From Selaginella moellendorffii (lineage: Eukaryota > Plantae > Lycopodiophyta), in NCBI RefSeq assembly GCF_000143415.4, contig NW_003314366.1, forward strand, positions 248,001-312,000: a stretch of 64,000 bases of DNA. Reading direction: 5' to 3'. This document shows, piece after piece, positions 11,085 to 22,368 of this stretch (its first letter is position 1; each line of letters starts with the position of its first letter). The translations under genes and the position numbers were made by a program. A model generated the notes under the pieces. The model had not been told where the DNA came from, ran no database searches, and saw only the letters and a list, made by a program, of their open reading frames with translations.

Positions 11085-13742
11085 CTAGACAAGATGAGGA
11101 AGATCCCTACTTGTGTCACACAGGCCGGACACCATGACATAGGCTGAGGAGCTGCGCGAATCGAGCTCGGCCATCTCCATCGCTGCCCAAGACCCCATGG
11201 AAGCGTCATGATGGACAACACATGCCGAGAGGAGCGTCCTCCATGTTGCAACGTCGGGAGAGAATGGCATTCCATCAATCAATTCCTTGGCTTCCGCAAC
11301 CATTCCCAGCCTTGCCACAAGATCTACCATCACTCGGTACTGGCTCGCCGAGGCTCTCAATCCATAGTCCACCACCATCGCCATGAAACGACCCCATGCC
11401 TGTTCCACCATCCCGGCTTTGCTACACGATGCCAGAAGCGTCGTGAATGTGAGTCCGTCTGGCTCCACACCTTGGAGCTCCATGAGATAAGCGCTGTGGA
11501 GAGCCTGATCGACGTCTCCTCTCGTGGCGTGGAGGGCAATGATGGAGTTCCAAGCTAGAGTATCCTCTTGGCAGTCTGTGTGGCGATTAAAAAGCTCCAT
11601 TGCTTCTTCCGTGTGCCCATTCCTGGTGTATCCCACGACTACGGCCCACAAACTGGGAGCTTTGTTTGGGATCGCGTCAAAGATGTTCCTGGATTCTTGG
11701 AGCAGGCCTTTTTCCATCAGTGCCAAGATCACGTAATTGCAAAGAGCAGTGCTCCACTCAGGAATTCCCATGAACAAGCTCCTGGCCTGCTCGATCTTCT
11801 CGTTCCAGAAATAGGTGTGGATCATGGACGCAAACGAGGAGATTTCCCACTGTGGAACACGATCAAAAACGGCTTTTGTAGCTTCCATCGAGCTGCTGCT
11901 CGAGCTCGAGGACATCAAAACGTTCCACGAGGCAGAGTCTCGTCTAGGCATTCCATCAAAATGAGCTTTCGCTTCTTCCTGGAGGCACGAAGAAGCAAGA
12001 CTTTCAAGCATGGCATTGCTCGCTTGCGTGTCCAAGCTCGGCATCCTCTCAAACACACTCTTGGCTTTCTCACAATTGCCACCCTCGCCATAAGCCGAGA
12101 GCATCGCGGTCCAAGTTCTCACACTTCTTTGCGGGATTCTTTGAAACGTTTTCTCGGCTTCCACGAGAGAACCATGGCCAGCGTACGCTAGAAACATTGA
12201 GCTCCACAAATCGGCACCACGCTGGACCATAGTTTCAAAACGAGCTTTCGCTCTCTCGATCCCGTCAACAACAGCAGCGTAGGCCGAGATCATGGCACCG
12301 CACGACATCAAATCCCACTGCGGCATCAAGCTAAAGAATATCTCGGCAACTGCTGCTGTCCCAGCGTCCCTAATCATCGTGGACCACGAATACCCATTGC
12401 GACAAGGCATTCCATCGAAAAAATCTCTAGCTGCCCCAAATTCTCCAGCTTGAGCAAGTCCAGCGAGCATAGCGTTTGACGAGAAAGCATCGTGCTGGGG
12501 CATACGATCAAACGCTTCTTTTGCCTCGAGCATATGCCCATTCTCGGCATAGCCTTTGAGCATCACAACCCACGAAACCAGGTCCTTCTCTGGCATTCTC
12601 TCTAGGATCTCTAGCATATCACTCACACTGCCAGCCATGTAAAATGCTTGTAATAGTGCTGTGAAAGACACTCCACTCCACAGTGGCATCTTTTCAAAAG
12701 TCACCCGAGCAAGCTGAGTTTCGGTATTTGCAGAAAGAAAAACGTTCCAGCACTTGAGATCTCTTTCTGGCATAGTATCAAAAATTTTCTTAGCTTGTTC
12801 GAGGCTGCCAATGCTACCATACATTTTGATCATATGGCTGCATGACACGATGTGGTGCTCCGGCATTGCCTGGAACAAATTCGTGGCTTTAAAGACATGC
12901 CCGCCTTCCGCGAAAAAAACCATGAGGCCCGTACACGTCACAATGCTCCACGCAGGCATCTTGTCGAATGCCGCCCTTGCTTCGTCGAGCATACCGTGCA
13001 GTCCGTACGCCCTCACCATGGCCGTCCATGCCATGACATCGCGCTCCTGAAGGCCGTCAAAGATGGCCTTGGCGTCCTCCACACTGCCAACGTACCCGTC
13101 ATGCCCGTACGCCGCGAGTACCGCAGTGCCCGACGTCGCATTGTGCTCCGGCATCCTTTCATACGCGTTTATTGCGGCTTCAAAACTGGCCGCCTGGATG
13201 AGCGCGGCGATGGCGGTGTTCCATGACACGACCGTCCGATGCGGCATGTCGTGAAACAAATCTAAGACGACCAGAAGATGCCCGTGCAGGGCAAATGCAG
13301 ACATCATAGCATTCCAGGCAATGGCGTCCGAATCTCGAATCGCGACTGGCATATTCCTAAATGTTTGCTCTGCCGAGTGGAGCAAACCATTTTCTATGTA
13401 TAGCTGCAGCAAAATCTTCCAGGAATACTTGTTGGGATAAGGAATCCCGTTAAATACTGCAAATGCCTCTTGTAGGCACCCACATTTTCCATACATTTCT
13501 ATGAGCAGATTAGCCACGAACTTGTTATGCGCTCCTCCCGATTGCAAGATACACTCGTGGATCTTTCTTCCCTTGCCTATATCCCTGGAATTTCCACATT
13601 CTCTAATGATGCTCACCACTTCTTCCAGCCTCGAGATGCCGTGAAAATCAGTCTCGGAGCTGCTACAGCGCTGTGAAATATAGCGGCTGATGGTCAGGAG
13701 TATCTTTTGCCTCCTTCTCGCTGCGCTTCCACAGAGCATCAT
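11085..13742 (-). CDS. PLS-class pentatricopeptide repeat protein (885 aa)
   Basis: Intronless ORF with many 'F..MP.R...SWN.M...Y' repeats and a C-terminal 'MPFSPDVATWRTLLSAC..H' E-type region. Confidence 0.92.
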   Translation of the reverse strand: MMLCGSAARRRQKILLTISRYISQRCSSSETDFHGISRLEEVVSIIRECGNSRDIGKGRKIHECILQSGGAHNKFVANLLIEMYGKCGCLQEAFAVFNGIPYPNKYSWKILLQLYIENGLLHSAEQTFRNMPVAIRDSDAIAWNAMMSAFALHGHLLVVLDLFHDMPHRTVVSWNTAIAALIQAASFEAAINAYERMPEHNATSGTAVLAAYGHDGYVGSVEDAKAIFDGLQERDVMAWTAMVRAYGLHGMLDEARAAFDKMPAWSIVTCTGLMVFFAEGGHVFKATNLFQAMPEHHIVSCSHMIKMYGSIGSLEQAKKIFDTMPERDLKCWNVFLSANTETQLARVTFEKMPLWSGVSFTALLQAFYMAGSVSDMLEILERMPEKDLVSWVVMLKGYAENGHMLEAKEAFDRMPQHDAFSSNAMLAGLAQAGEFGAARDFFDGMPCRNGYSWSTMIRDAGTAAVAEIFFSLMPQWDLMSCGAMISAYAAVVDGIERAKARFETMVQRGADLWSSMFLAYAGHGSLVEAEKTFQRIPQRSVRTWTAMLSAYGEGGNCEKAKSVFERMPSLDTQASNAMLESLASSCLQEEAKAHFDGMPRRDSASWNVLMSSSSSSSSMEATKAVFDRVPQWEISSFASMIHTYFWNEKIEQARSLFMGIPEWSTALCNYVILALMEKGLLQESRNIFDAIPNKAPSLWAVVVGYTRNGHTEEAMELFNRHTDCQEDTLAWNSIIALHATRGDVDQALHSAYLMELQGVEPDGLTFTTLLASCSKAGMVEQAWGRFMAMVVDYGLRASASQYRVMVDLVARLGMVAEAKELIDGMPFSPDVATWRTLLSACVVHHDASMGSWAAMEMAELDSRSSSAYVMVSGLCDTSRDLPHLV

Positions 13743-13775
13743 CAGGCACGCATTGGCAGAGAAGTGATAAAATGA

Positions 13776-15059
13776 CTAGATTAAATATTGAAAACATTTT
13801 GAAGCTTTAGTTTCTGGGCAAAATGGCAAAATGGTAACCGGAATGTTGGCCACACAAGCTGCTAGCTGTTGGAGCTCACTAAGGTCGTCCTCTCTCCCAA
13901 ACAAGACGATACTTTGCAAAGCTGGGCAGCATTGCACAAACTTATCAAGCAAGACACGAAATTGTAAAGGTCCGCCCCGGGACGCGTCTAAACAAACCCT
14001 CCTTAGCCTCGGAAGTTCTTGAATCGTACTTGGAAAACCCCTGCCACATTCACAATATGTTTCAAAACAGTCAAGGAGGCTCAACTCCTGGCACTCTTTA
14101 AACTGTTCCAACACGAACACCTTCCATGCCACGTCATGAGGACAAGATCGGTCAAAGAGTGAGCTGCAGTTCAACGTCACAGTTTTGAAATGAATCTTCT
14201 CTACAGAGGCAATCGTTGTCTCGAACGCACCCAATCTCAACTTCAGAGTCTCCAACGCGTTACATACAATCTCAAGCTCCCCGGGCACTGCCATCTTCTC
14301 CACAAGCTTCCCACAATTGCCAAGCGAGAGGCTCTTCAGACGTGGAGCTCTCATCTTGAGCTTCTCGCAGTCACCGATCCATGCAGTCTCTAGATTGGGA
14401 AGATCCAACTCGACAGTGCTGTTACGGTATTTTGTTTCAAGGTTTAACACTCTCAAGCTTGACGATGATAGGGAGCCGGGGAAGTAATACACGAATGCCG
14501 AGAGCTCTTCCAGCACCGGACACGAAGGCAGAAGCTCTGTTGCGAGGTCTAGACCAGTCACCCTGTTTAAGCTGCAATGCGTGAGAGCCGGAAACGTAAG
14601 GCGTAACGGAGCCTTAAGCTTCAACTCCTCGCCCCTGGCCTTAATGTGAAGCCTGTAAAAGCTGACAAACTTCAGCTTGGGACACACCTTGGAGACCAGC
14701 TCTAGATCAAAGTCAAAACTGTTCAGGTACTCCACACCTTCAATGGTGAGCTTCTCTAGAGTGGTGGCAATGCTTGTGATCCATGAGTAGTTCTCGTGTA
14801 AGAAGTAATGGTATTCGTGAATGAGGAGCTGTCGGATGGATTGCTGCGCCAGCTTGAAAACCCTACCCTCCGGTGGTGGCTTATCCTCATACAAGTCATG
14901 AAGATCGATTATTACGAGACCAAGCTCTTTGCCAATTCTGTGCCACCTCTTGCTTACCAAAAGGTACATGACGTTGTACTTTATGAAAGTTACCTTGTCG
15001 AGGATGAGCGCTAGAACAGCGTCTGGCAGGCTGTCAATGGTGGTGCAAGCGCTTGCCAT
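13776..15059 (-). CDS. F-box/LRR-like protein (427 aa)
   Basis: N-terminal 'IDSLPDAVLALILDKV...LVSKRW' F-box followed by 'CPKLKFVSF', 'CPVLEELS' and 'CPALQSI' LRR-like repeats. Confidence 0.8.
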   Translation of the reverse strand: MASACTTIDSLPDAVLALILDKVTFIKYNVMYLLVSKRWHRIGKELGLVIIDLHDLYEDKPPPEGRVFKLAQQSIRQLLIHEYHYFLHENYSWITSIATTLEKLTIEGVEYLNSFDFDLELVSKVCPKLKFVSFYRLHIKARGEELKLKAPLRLTFPALTHCSLNRVTGLDLATELLPSCPVLEELSAFVYYFPGSLSSSSLRVLNLETKYRNSTVELDLPNLETAWIGDCEKLKMRAPRLKSLSLGNCGKLVEKMAVPGELEIVCNALETLKLRLGAFETTIASVEKIHFKTVTLNCSSLFDRSCPHDVAWKVFVLEQFKECQELSLLDCFETYCECGRGFPSTIQELPRLRRVCLDASRGGPLQFRVLLDKFVQCCPALQSIVLFGREDDLSELQQLAACVANIPVTILPFCPETKASKCFQYLI

Positions 15060-16129
15060 AAGGATTAGAACACTTTAGAATTTAGGGTTCTTGCTCGAGG
15101 CGCCCTAACCTTAAATCGCAGCTCGATCTCTTCTAAGAGGGCGATCGAAATGCATTAGATCGTTTTCATTCCCGCGAGAGTAGCCAAAAATCTCAGCAAG
15201 AAGCTCCAAGGTTCTTGCTCTATGATCCATGCAACATAAAGGCAGAGCGAGCGCCAGAAGCGGAGGTGAATTCTCCCTGATACCAATCAAGATCTAAGCT
15301 ACAACCAAGAACTACGTCTTGGACGCTCACGTCTTCCTTCACGCGCCCCGGCACAGTCACGCTTTTCAAAGGCAAGGCTCTTCACTTCCAGAGACCAACG
15401 TTGTCGAGGCCGAAGGTTCTTCTCATGGCTTGCAAGGCCTGGCACATTTTTTTCCGCTTGATCGAGGGGTGTTGATCACTGACTACGAGTGCAAGCACGA
15501 GTTTCTCTACGATTGGATCATCAAAGGCTCTTTTCGAGTCTCAATTGGAGCTCTAGCAGTGCCGAACAACGTTTCTTCTGCCTCATCGATCATAGGAAAT
15601 GGCCGTGGCCTCCAAGGTTGGCATCTATCAGTGCCTTCCATCTCCAGCAAGGCCAAAGTATCAAGCCTGGAGCGTTCGTCCGCGATTGTGAAGCCGCTGT
15701 CGGATGATTTCCCACAGATGGAATGGATAAGCTAGATTTGTGTGATGCGTCAAGCCTCGAATGGGAGCAAAGCTGGGAGGCCTTGTTCGATTCGGCAGCT
15801 GGAGAAGAAGTTGCGAAGACGAGAGAAAAGTTTGCCAGCAGCAACCAGCTACAGGAGGTTGTGTTTTGGAGGCTTCTCTTTTCCAGGAGCGTTGGGAGAT
15901 ATGGGACGGCCCATCGCCACAGCAAGTTTGCAGCGTCAAGTCTGGAAATCCATGGCCAAAATCATCACCACCAAGCTCTTCAGATTTTATTATTAGCGAC
16001 AACCGTGGACAATTAGCAGGTGGGACATCTTGTTTGAAGTTCTTTTGTCGCCTCACGCATTCCTTGGCTGTTGGGAGTCCCAGAATGTTGGAGCATCTTG
16101 CGGATGAATCTCGCGTCTCAAATCTCTTC

Positions 16130-17682
16130 ATGGCTCTTTTCGCGACGTTACTACGGAAGGAGATGTTGGTCTGGTGGACATTACTGGGAGTTGCTGCCGG
16201 AGTTGGAGTTGGAGCTTCCCTCTACAATTCAAACTGCTCCAGTCTAACAATCGATCTCATAGGTATGCTTCCAAATTTCTATGATCAGAAACTAAAGGAA
16301 TGCGTTGCAGGCTATCCCGGAGAGCTGTATCTTCGAGCATTGCAGCAGCTCGTCTTACCCTTGGTAGTATCTTCACTTATGAGTGGAGTCTTTAGTTTGA
16401 GGCAGGCAGGGGGAGGGTAAGTTTCTGCTCTTCTTTTTTTCGCTCGGAAAAATGAGGTTTTTAGATCTGTGCAGGCTAGGTGGTCTCTTCTTTACTATAT
16501 TTTGTCCATGCTACTGGCCGTGCTACTTGGATTGTTGCTTTTGCAACTGTTTTTGCCTTCTGCTGCAACACTGTTGGTACGCTTTTGCATTTCTGCCTTG
16601 AGACTTCATACCTGTTGTGCTTTCTTTCTAGGCGAGCGCACGTATCCACTAGTGACGCTTGTCGAGCTTTGCAACAGCGTTGTCATAAAAATTGTAAGCC
16701 AGAACTTTCTCAAGCTCTAATCCGCTCACACACTTTTCTTGTCAGATCTTAGGTGTTATAGCGTTTAGTCCCTTTGGAGTTGCCTCGTTAGCATGCAAGA
16801 CACTCTTGAAAGCCTGCAATGTGTTCCATCTGTTGAAGGCCCTTGGAGTGGACGTGGGGACTGTAATAGGAGGATTTTTATTACACTCGCTGGTGGTTCT
16901 TCCTCTCACAGTGGTGCTACTGTCACAGAAAAATCCTTTCAAGCTCCTCAAGTAAGCATACAAGCTTTTCGTTTCCTTCTCACCTACAACTATGTTTGAC
17001 AGGGATTTTGCTCCAGCTCTGCAACAATGCCTTTGCTGACAATGAATGTGCTGAGGCTTCCGGATGTGATCCCAGTCTCGTGAGTTTTGTGATACCTTTG
17101 GGAACGAACATCAATCGCGACGGGTCAGCTCTATATGAAGCAGTATCAGTGTTTTTTATTTGTCAGGTGTGCTTTGAGTCGCTATTTTTCATTGGCAATC
17201 TTTTGTGCTCTCATACAGGCTCATGGTCTGGAGCTAAATCTCAACAAGCTCTTTGTTTTAGCGATAGCTTCGACCTTAGCAGCTATCGGGTGTGCCTCCG
17301 TTCCACAAGCTGGAGTGATCACTGTGATCACTGCATTGCGGGCGAGTGTTCCTTCTAAAGGAAAAAAATTGTGTCTTTACATTATTCTTTTATGTTTCCA
17401 GGCGGTTGGTTTCTCAAGATATGTTGGTGATGTCTCAGTACTCCTCGCCGTAGACTGGCTCCTGGGATCCATTCGAACTTCCGTGAACATCTGGGAGATG
17501 GCTGTGCTTGCTTGATCGTTAACAAACGTTGCCAACTTCTTCAAGAGGCGATTCTTCCGGCTTCAGTACGTAGTCTCTGTTTTCTGTTTACCATCTGCGG
17601 TATCTAATCTTGTCGGTTGACGCAGGACGATGCCGAGATCACAGAGCCACTTCTTCCGAAAGATTCAACTGATTCGTGCTGA
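16130..17682 (+). pseudogene. Dicarboxylate/amino acid:cation symporter (DAACS/SDF, SLC1-like), frameshifted
   Basis: Motifs 'GYPGELYLRALQQLVLPLVVSSLMSG', 'IPLGTNINRDGSALYEAV', 'AAIG.ASVPQAG' and 'VDWLL..IRTSVNIW'. Apparent 1-nt frameshifts near 17043 and 17495. Confidence 0.75.
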
Positions 17683-17716
17683 AAAGGAGCCAGCTTCTGT
17701 GAAGATCTCGTTGCTA

Positions 17717-18579
17717 TCACAGGCGTTTACGCATGAGGTGCTTCCTGCGTTGTAGCACGAGCAAGGAGAAGACGCTGCTTGTAGAGACCACCTCGTATCC
17801 AGCTCGCTGGTAAATTCCCAGGGGAACTTTGTCGATCAAGCGGCAGTGAAGGTACATTTCGTTGGAACCCATTGTCACAGCCAGCTCCTCGGCAGCCTTG
17901 AGAAGTTGCCCAGCTATGCCTTTCCTGTACACACGAAGAACAAACTTAGGATGGAGAAAGAAAAATGGAATTTTTTCCACCTTCTATAGTTCTGCTTGAC
18001 GGCCATGTTGCAAAGAAATGGAGCGTCGGGAGGAGGATTGGGACTCGAGACACCAGCACTGCTCAAATAAACCTCTACCGTACCAACCACAACCTTGGCG
18101 GAACTTTGCTCGTACAAGGCCACGAGAATCACATTCTTGGGGAAGAGCTTCTGGGTCTCGATCAAATTCTCTTGCACGATCATCCGGAGGAGCGGCCTGT
18201 AAGTGAGAGGACCCCAGAGAAGATCGCAGAAGGAATCCGTGAGAACTTCCACTGTACCTTTCGAGTGCTTGGGCTTGAGCACTTCCACCGAGACTAGAGA
18301 CCCATCCTTGCAGCTACCGGAATAGGAGAACGCATTGAGCTGCGCAGCCATGGCATCGTCATCATCCTTGCTAGAATCCAGCGCCTTATCTTCCAATCTC
18401 CCATCCGCGACCCTAGATGCCGCACGGCCACACCGGCGATGACGATTTCCAGCAAATGGCCTTGCGCCATCGCTGTTGAGACACACGAACCCTAGCCCTA
18501 GAGAGGAATTGCGGCCATGAGTGGGAGGATCCGTGTGTAGCCACACACAAAACACTGGCCATCGCAAGCTAAACGCCAT
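17717..18579 (-). CDS. GNAT-family N-acetyltransferase, probably plastid-targeted (2 exons)
   Basis: Removing intron 17925-17980 gives 'FLCNMAVKQNYRRKGIAGQLL' (acetyl-CoA motif A), followed by 'YLHCR...YQRAGY'. Confidence 0.88.
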
Positions 18580-19061
18580 TGGCTATGGCGCATCTGGATA
18601 GAGAACTCTAGAAGCTCATTTTTAAACTAGTTTCCCGCCTTTACAATTTAAAATTATTTTTTCCCGCTCGAGGGTGTTTAGTATAAACCTTGTTTTAACA
18701 AAGGGTTTGACGGGAATCAAATGTGGCCCATCTCGCGGAGGAGGAGCTAGTCTCATGCGCCATGCCGGCCTGATTCGATTCGAGGTAGGGTTTTGCTGCC
18801 CCAGCGCTGGAGCGCATCACACTCCCCGATCTTGCCCCAAGGTTGTGGATACAGTGATCGATCCTTCGCATTCCTGTTGCTTTTCTTCTTTTTTTCTGGT
18901 TTCCCATCAGTGATTGTTCGCTGCTTGCTTTGGCTCGAGAGATTCTTCTTTGACTTTCCCTGTTTGGGACTGAATTGTTGCTTCTGTAGTTGCGGCAACA
19001 GTTCATCATCGCAATCCCTGATCGATCTCATGATCGGATTCATTGGCGGAGGACATAAGAG

Positions 19062-21121
19062 ATGCTTCCTCATAAACAATGGAAATTCTTTGCGGCTTTG
19101 GTGATTTCTGGCCTTGTGCTACTACAAGCAGGACCGGTGGTCAGCTCGGATCAAGGTAGGAGTAAATCGGGAATTCGGCAGTACTGTTGTAATTCGACTC
19201 CTTGTTGCAGAGGTTACTGCTCTTGCCTCTTGGAAGGAAAGCGTGGCCACTTCTTCTTCGAATGGGAACAAATTGGCTACAAGAGAAACGAAGGTTTGCT
19301 CTAGAATGAACATAACCGGCCAGAGATTCATCGTCCGCGGAGTTTTCAGACGTGACAAGATTGCCAAACAGCCGCCAGCATTAGACATCTCGATCAACTC
19401 AAAACTACTCCGCAACGTCGACACGTCCAAGGATCTTGTCATCCAGGTTCCTCTTGATCCCGCTAACAGCACTCTACTTCTTTACTGTTTGATGCCAGCT
19501 CCAAGCGGCCTCGTGACAACCATGCCGACTCTGGAACTGTTTCTCGCTCCAAAATTCACTTACAGCCGGTAAGCTTCATGTCTCCGAGTTTTCAGACGTC
19601 AAGGGGCCTCAGGTTTTCTTCCAGAAAGCTGCTTGAAAGACCACACCAAAGTCCTTTATCCATGCTTGGACTTATGAGCACGGTCCTGATATCTTTGACA
19701 TCGCTGACTATGGTCACGGCACTTTGTATCACTAAGCTGTTTCGAGCACTGAGGGGAACCCCGCCAGTGGAGCCTCAGTCTTCTCCGAGAATTTGTAAGT
19801 GTTTTTCGTCCCATGTCCCATAAAATGGATTCTCATATCACTTTACAGATCAAAGGAGCATGGAGCTGAAAGTAAACAAAGAACCAATCGCCATTAAGCA
19901 GTACATGCTGAAAGAACTGGAAGAAGCAATCGGGATTAAGATAGCTGAAGGTGGATTTGGATATGTGTACCGTGGGACGCTGATTAACAGACAGGAGGTG
20001 GCGATCAAAGTGCGATCATCAACTTCATCACAAGGCCTACGTGAGTTCACTGCTGAGGTAAGCTGCGAGTTGGATGAAGTTAAACACGTTTGCTGATTTT
20101 GGAGCTTGTGACAGCTTACGCTCTTATCCAAGATTAGACACCCGAATCTGGTTCCTTTGCTTGGCTACTGCACGGAAGGCCAACACGAAATGCTCGTCTA
20201 TCCTTACATGTCAAATGGTACTTTACAAGACCGACTTTATGGCGAGGCAGCAACAAGAAAGCCGCTCGATTGGCAAACCAGATTATCTATCGCGATAGGA
20301 GCTGCTCGAGGTAGAGTATATTTCAGTTTGTTTGGAGACTGATCATCCGACCATTGCAGGGTTGAACTTTTTGCATACGAGTGGCCCGCGTCCCATCATT
20401 CACAGAGATGTAAAATCGAGTAACATTCTCCTCGACGACAGCATGAACGCAAGAGTCGCGGACTTCGGTTTCTCGCGATTTGCACCTCAGGAAGACGACA
20501 GCCTCGTCTCGGTTGAAGTTCGAGGAACGACTGGTTATCTTGATCCAGAGTAAGTCACCATCCTCCGTGATAACCTGAGTCGCCATGTATTTTTTGCTTG
20601 CAGGTACTACATGACACAGGTGCTCACTACCAAGAGCGACGTCTTTAGTTTTGGCGTCGTATTGTTGGAGATCGTATGTGGTCGCGAGCCTCTGAACTTA
20701 CGCCGTCCCCGTTCAGAGGCCAGTTTGGTTGACTGGGTGAGTTTTCGTTTAACTTGTTGCTAGACAAGGCATTGAATTTCTACTGTGTTTGTTGCAGGCC
20801 AGGAAGTCCATAAGCGAAGCTAACATTCAATCGATCATCGATCCGAGCATCAGCGCTAGCTACACACCGGAGGCAATGTGGAGAGTAGTGGAGGTGGCTT
20901 ATGCAAGCGTGGAGACCTGCTCAGCACGTAGACCGGACATGGCTGGTGTCGTGAAGGAGCTCGACGACGCTCTTATAATCGAGAACAACGCGTCCCAGTA
21001 CATGCTTTCAATGGATAGTATCGGATCATTCCGGAGGTCGTCAAGCATCAAAGCTTTTCCGGTGCCGTTTGATCCTTCTCCTGCGTTCTCGGAAACGTTG
21101 GACTCCCCGCATCCCCGATAG
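19062..21121 (+). CDS. SYMRK: SYMRK/NORK/DMI2-like receptor kinase with a shortened ectodomain
   Basis: The kinase carries SYMRK-diagnostic strings '[13 protein letters not shown]', 'DRLYGEA..RK.LDW.TRLSIA.GAARG', '[20 protein letters not shown]' and '[10 protein letters not shown]...[14 protein letters not shown]'. A signal-peptide exon and a TM exon lie upstream. Confidence 0.85.
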
Positions 21122-21261
21122 ACTTAATTACCGGTAACTTTGATTTTCTAGCTTCAACTTGTGCTAATGCCTGCGGGCGTGCAACATTCTTTACTAGCTT
21201 GTATACATTGATCACGACGAGGTGGAAGACAAGAAAAGTAAAAAGACGAGCAAAGCAGCAG

Positions 21262-21696
21262 CTATAAGTTATCGAGGATATGGACCACGGCGCGAATCAA
21301 GTTCTTCGAGACCGTGTAGAGCGAAAGTCCCAGCAGCTTTCCAAGAGCAACGAGAATGCCAAGTGTGTTGTCAAGAGCCGTGTGGACGTCACCAATGAAC
21401 TCGCGGACAGCTCGAGCTAGAAACGAGACAAGCAGCCTCCAGATCTCGACAACCAACACGAGCAGCACAGATGAGATCCGGACGAGGACGGCGAGCAGCG
21501 CATCAAGCAACGCATCGAAAAAGATCTCCATTGCACGAATCAAGAGCTTGGCTGCTCGCAGGACGATCGTGACCAAGCCCCTCAAGAGATGGATCGCAGC
21601 TAGCAGGACGATGGAGAGCGACTGGAGGAGCAAGCTGCTGACCAAGTCGACGATGGATACCAGCGCTCCAACGACGAGATCTGCCACGAAACCCAT
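21262..21696 (-). CDS. Small hydrophobic/amphipathic protein of unknown function (144 aa)
   Basis: ATG-started intronless ORF with regular Leu/Val/Ile periodicity in a gene-dense context. No family recognised. Confidence 0.5.
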   Translation of the reverse strand: MGFVADLVVGALVSIVDLVSSLLLQSLSIVLLAAIHLLRGLVTIVLRAAKLLIRAMEIFFDALLDALLAVLVRISSVLLVLVVEIWRLLVSFLARAVREFIGDVHTALDNTLGILVALGKLLGLSLYTVSKNLIRAVVHILDNL

Positions 21697-22368
21697 CGCA
21701 GCATTGCTGATCTCTGGCTAGAAACATCGCAAGGAGCAAGCAAGAGAGCGATTGATCCCGCGGAAGTTCTTCTTTTAAACTTCGGCAATGATGCACGAAG
21801 AGAGAACTTGGCTTCGAAGAAACAACCAAAGAGAAAAACTATACTAAGTATAAACACTCCCAGTACCCTGATCGAAGGAGAAAATTCTTCTACTCGTAGC
21901 TTCATAGAAAAAGACGCGGTCAAACGTTTTATTACCATGAAGTTTTTTACTTACATTTTAACCTGGATTATGCCTCGCCAGGTGGCGGGCCATCTCACCG
22001 TTAATCATGCGCGACCGTACTGACCGCATTCATTTCGCTCGACATCGCATCGACGGCTGAGAAGGCAGCCCGGCTGACAATCGGTGGTCAGTAGCCACAT
22101 GCGTCCGTACGCCATGGGAAACGTCCACCCCCTCTGATCGATTGCGCGAGAGTTTCTTTATCTCTTTGTTTCGCTAGGCTATGGCGCCATGGCGCCCCGC
22201 CGCGGCGGCATCGCGCGCCTCGGGCTAAAATCTTAGATCCACGCCGCGGCATTCCAATCGCGAGCTCCAGCAAGGGTTTCCAGGGATTTGAGGTATGGTA
22301 TTTTAATGCGTTTTCTTTGTTTTTCTCTAGTGGATCGCGCGCGCTCACTAGTGGAAATCTTGCTAGCA

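Noticed and set aside
15319-16016. ORF fragments upstream of the transporter
   Set aside because: Possibly a pseudogene remnant, but no family could be recognised.
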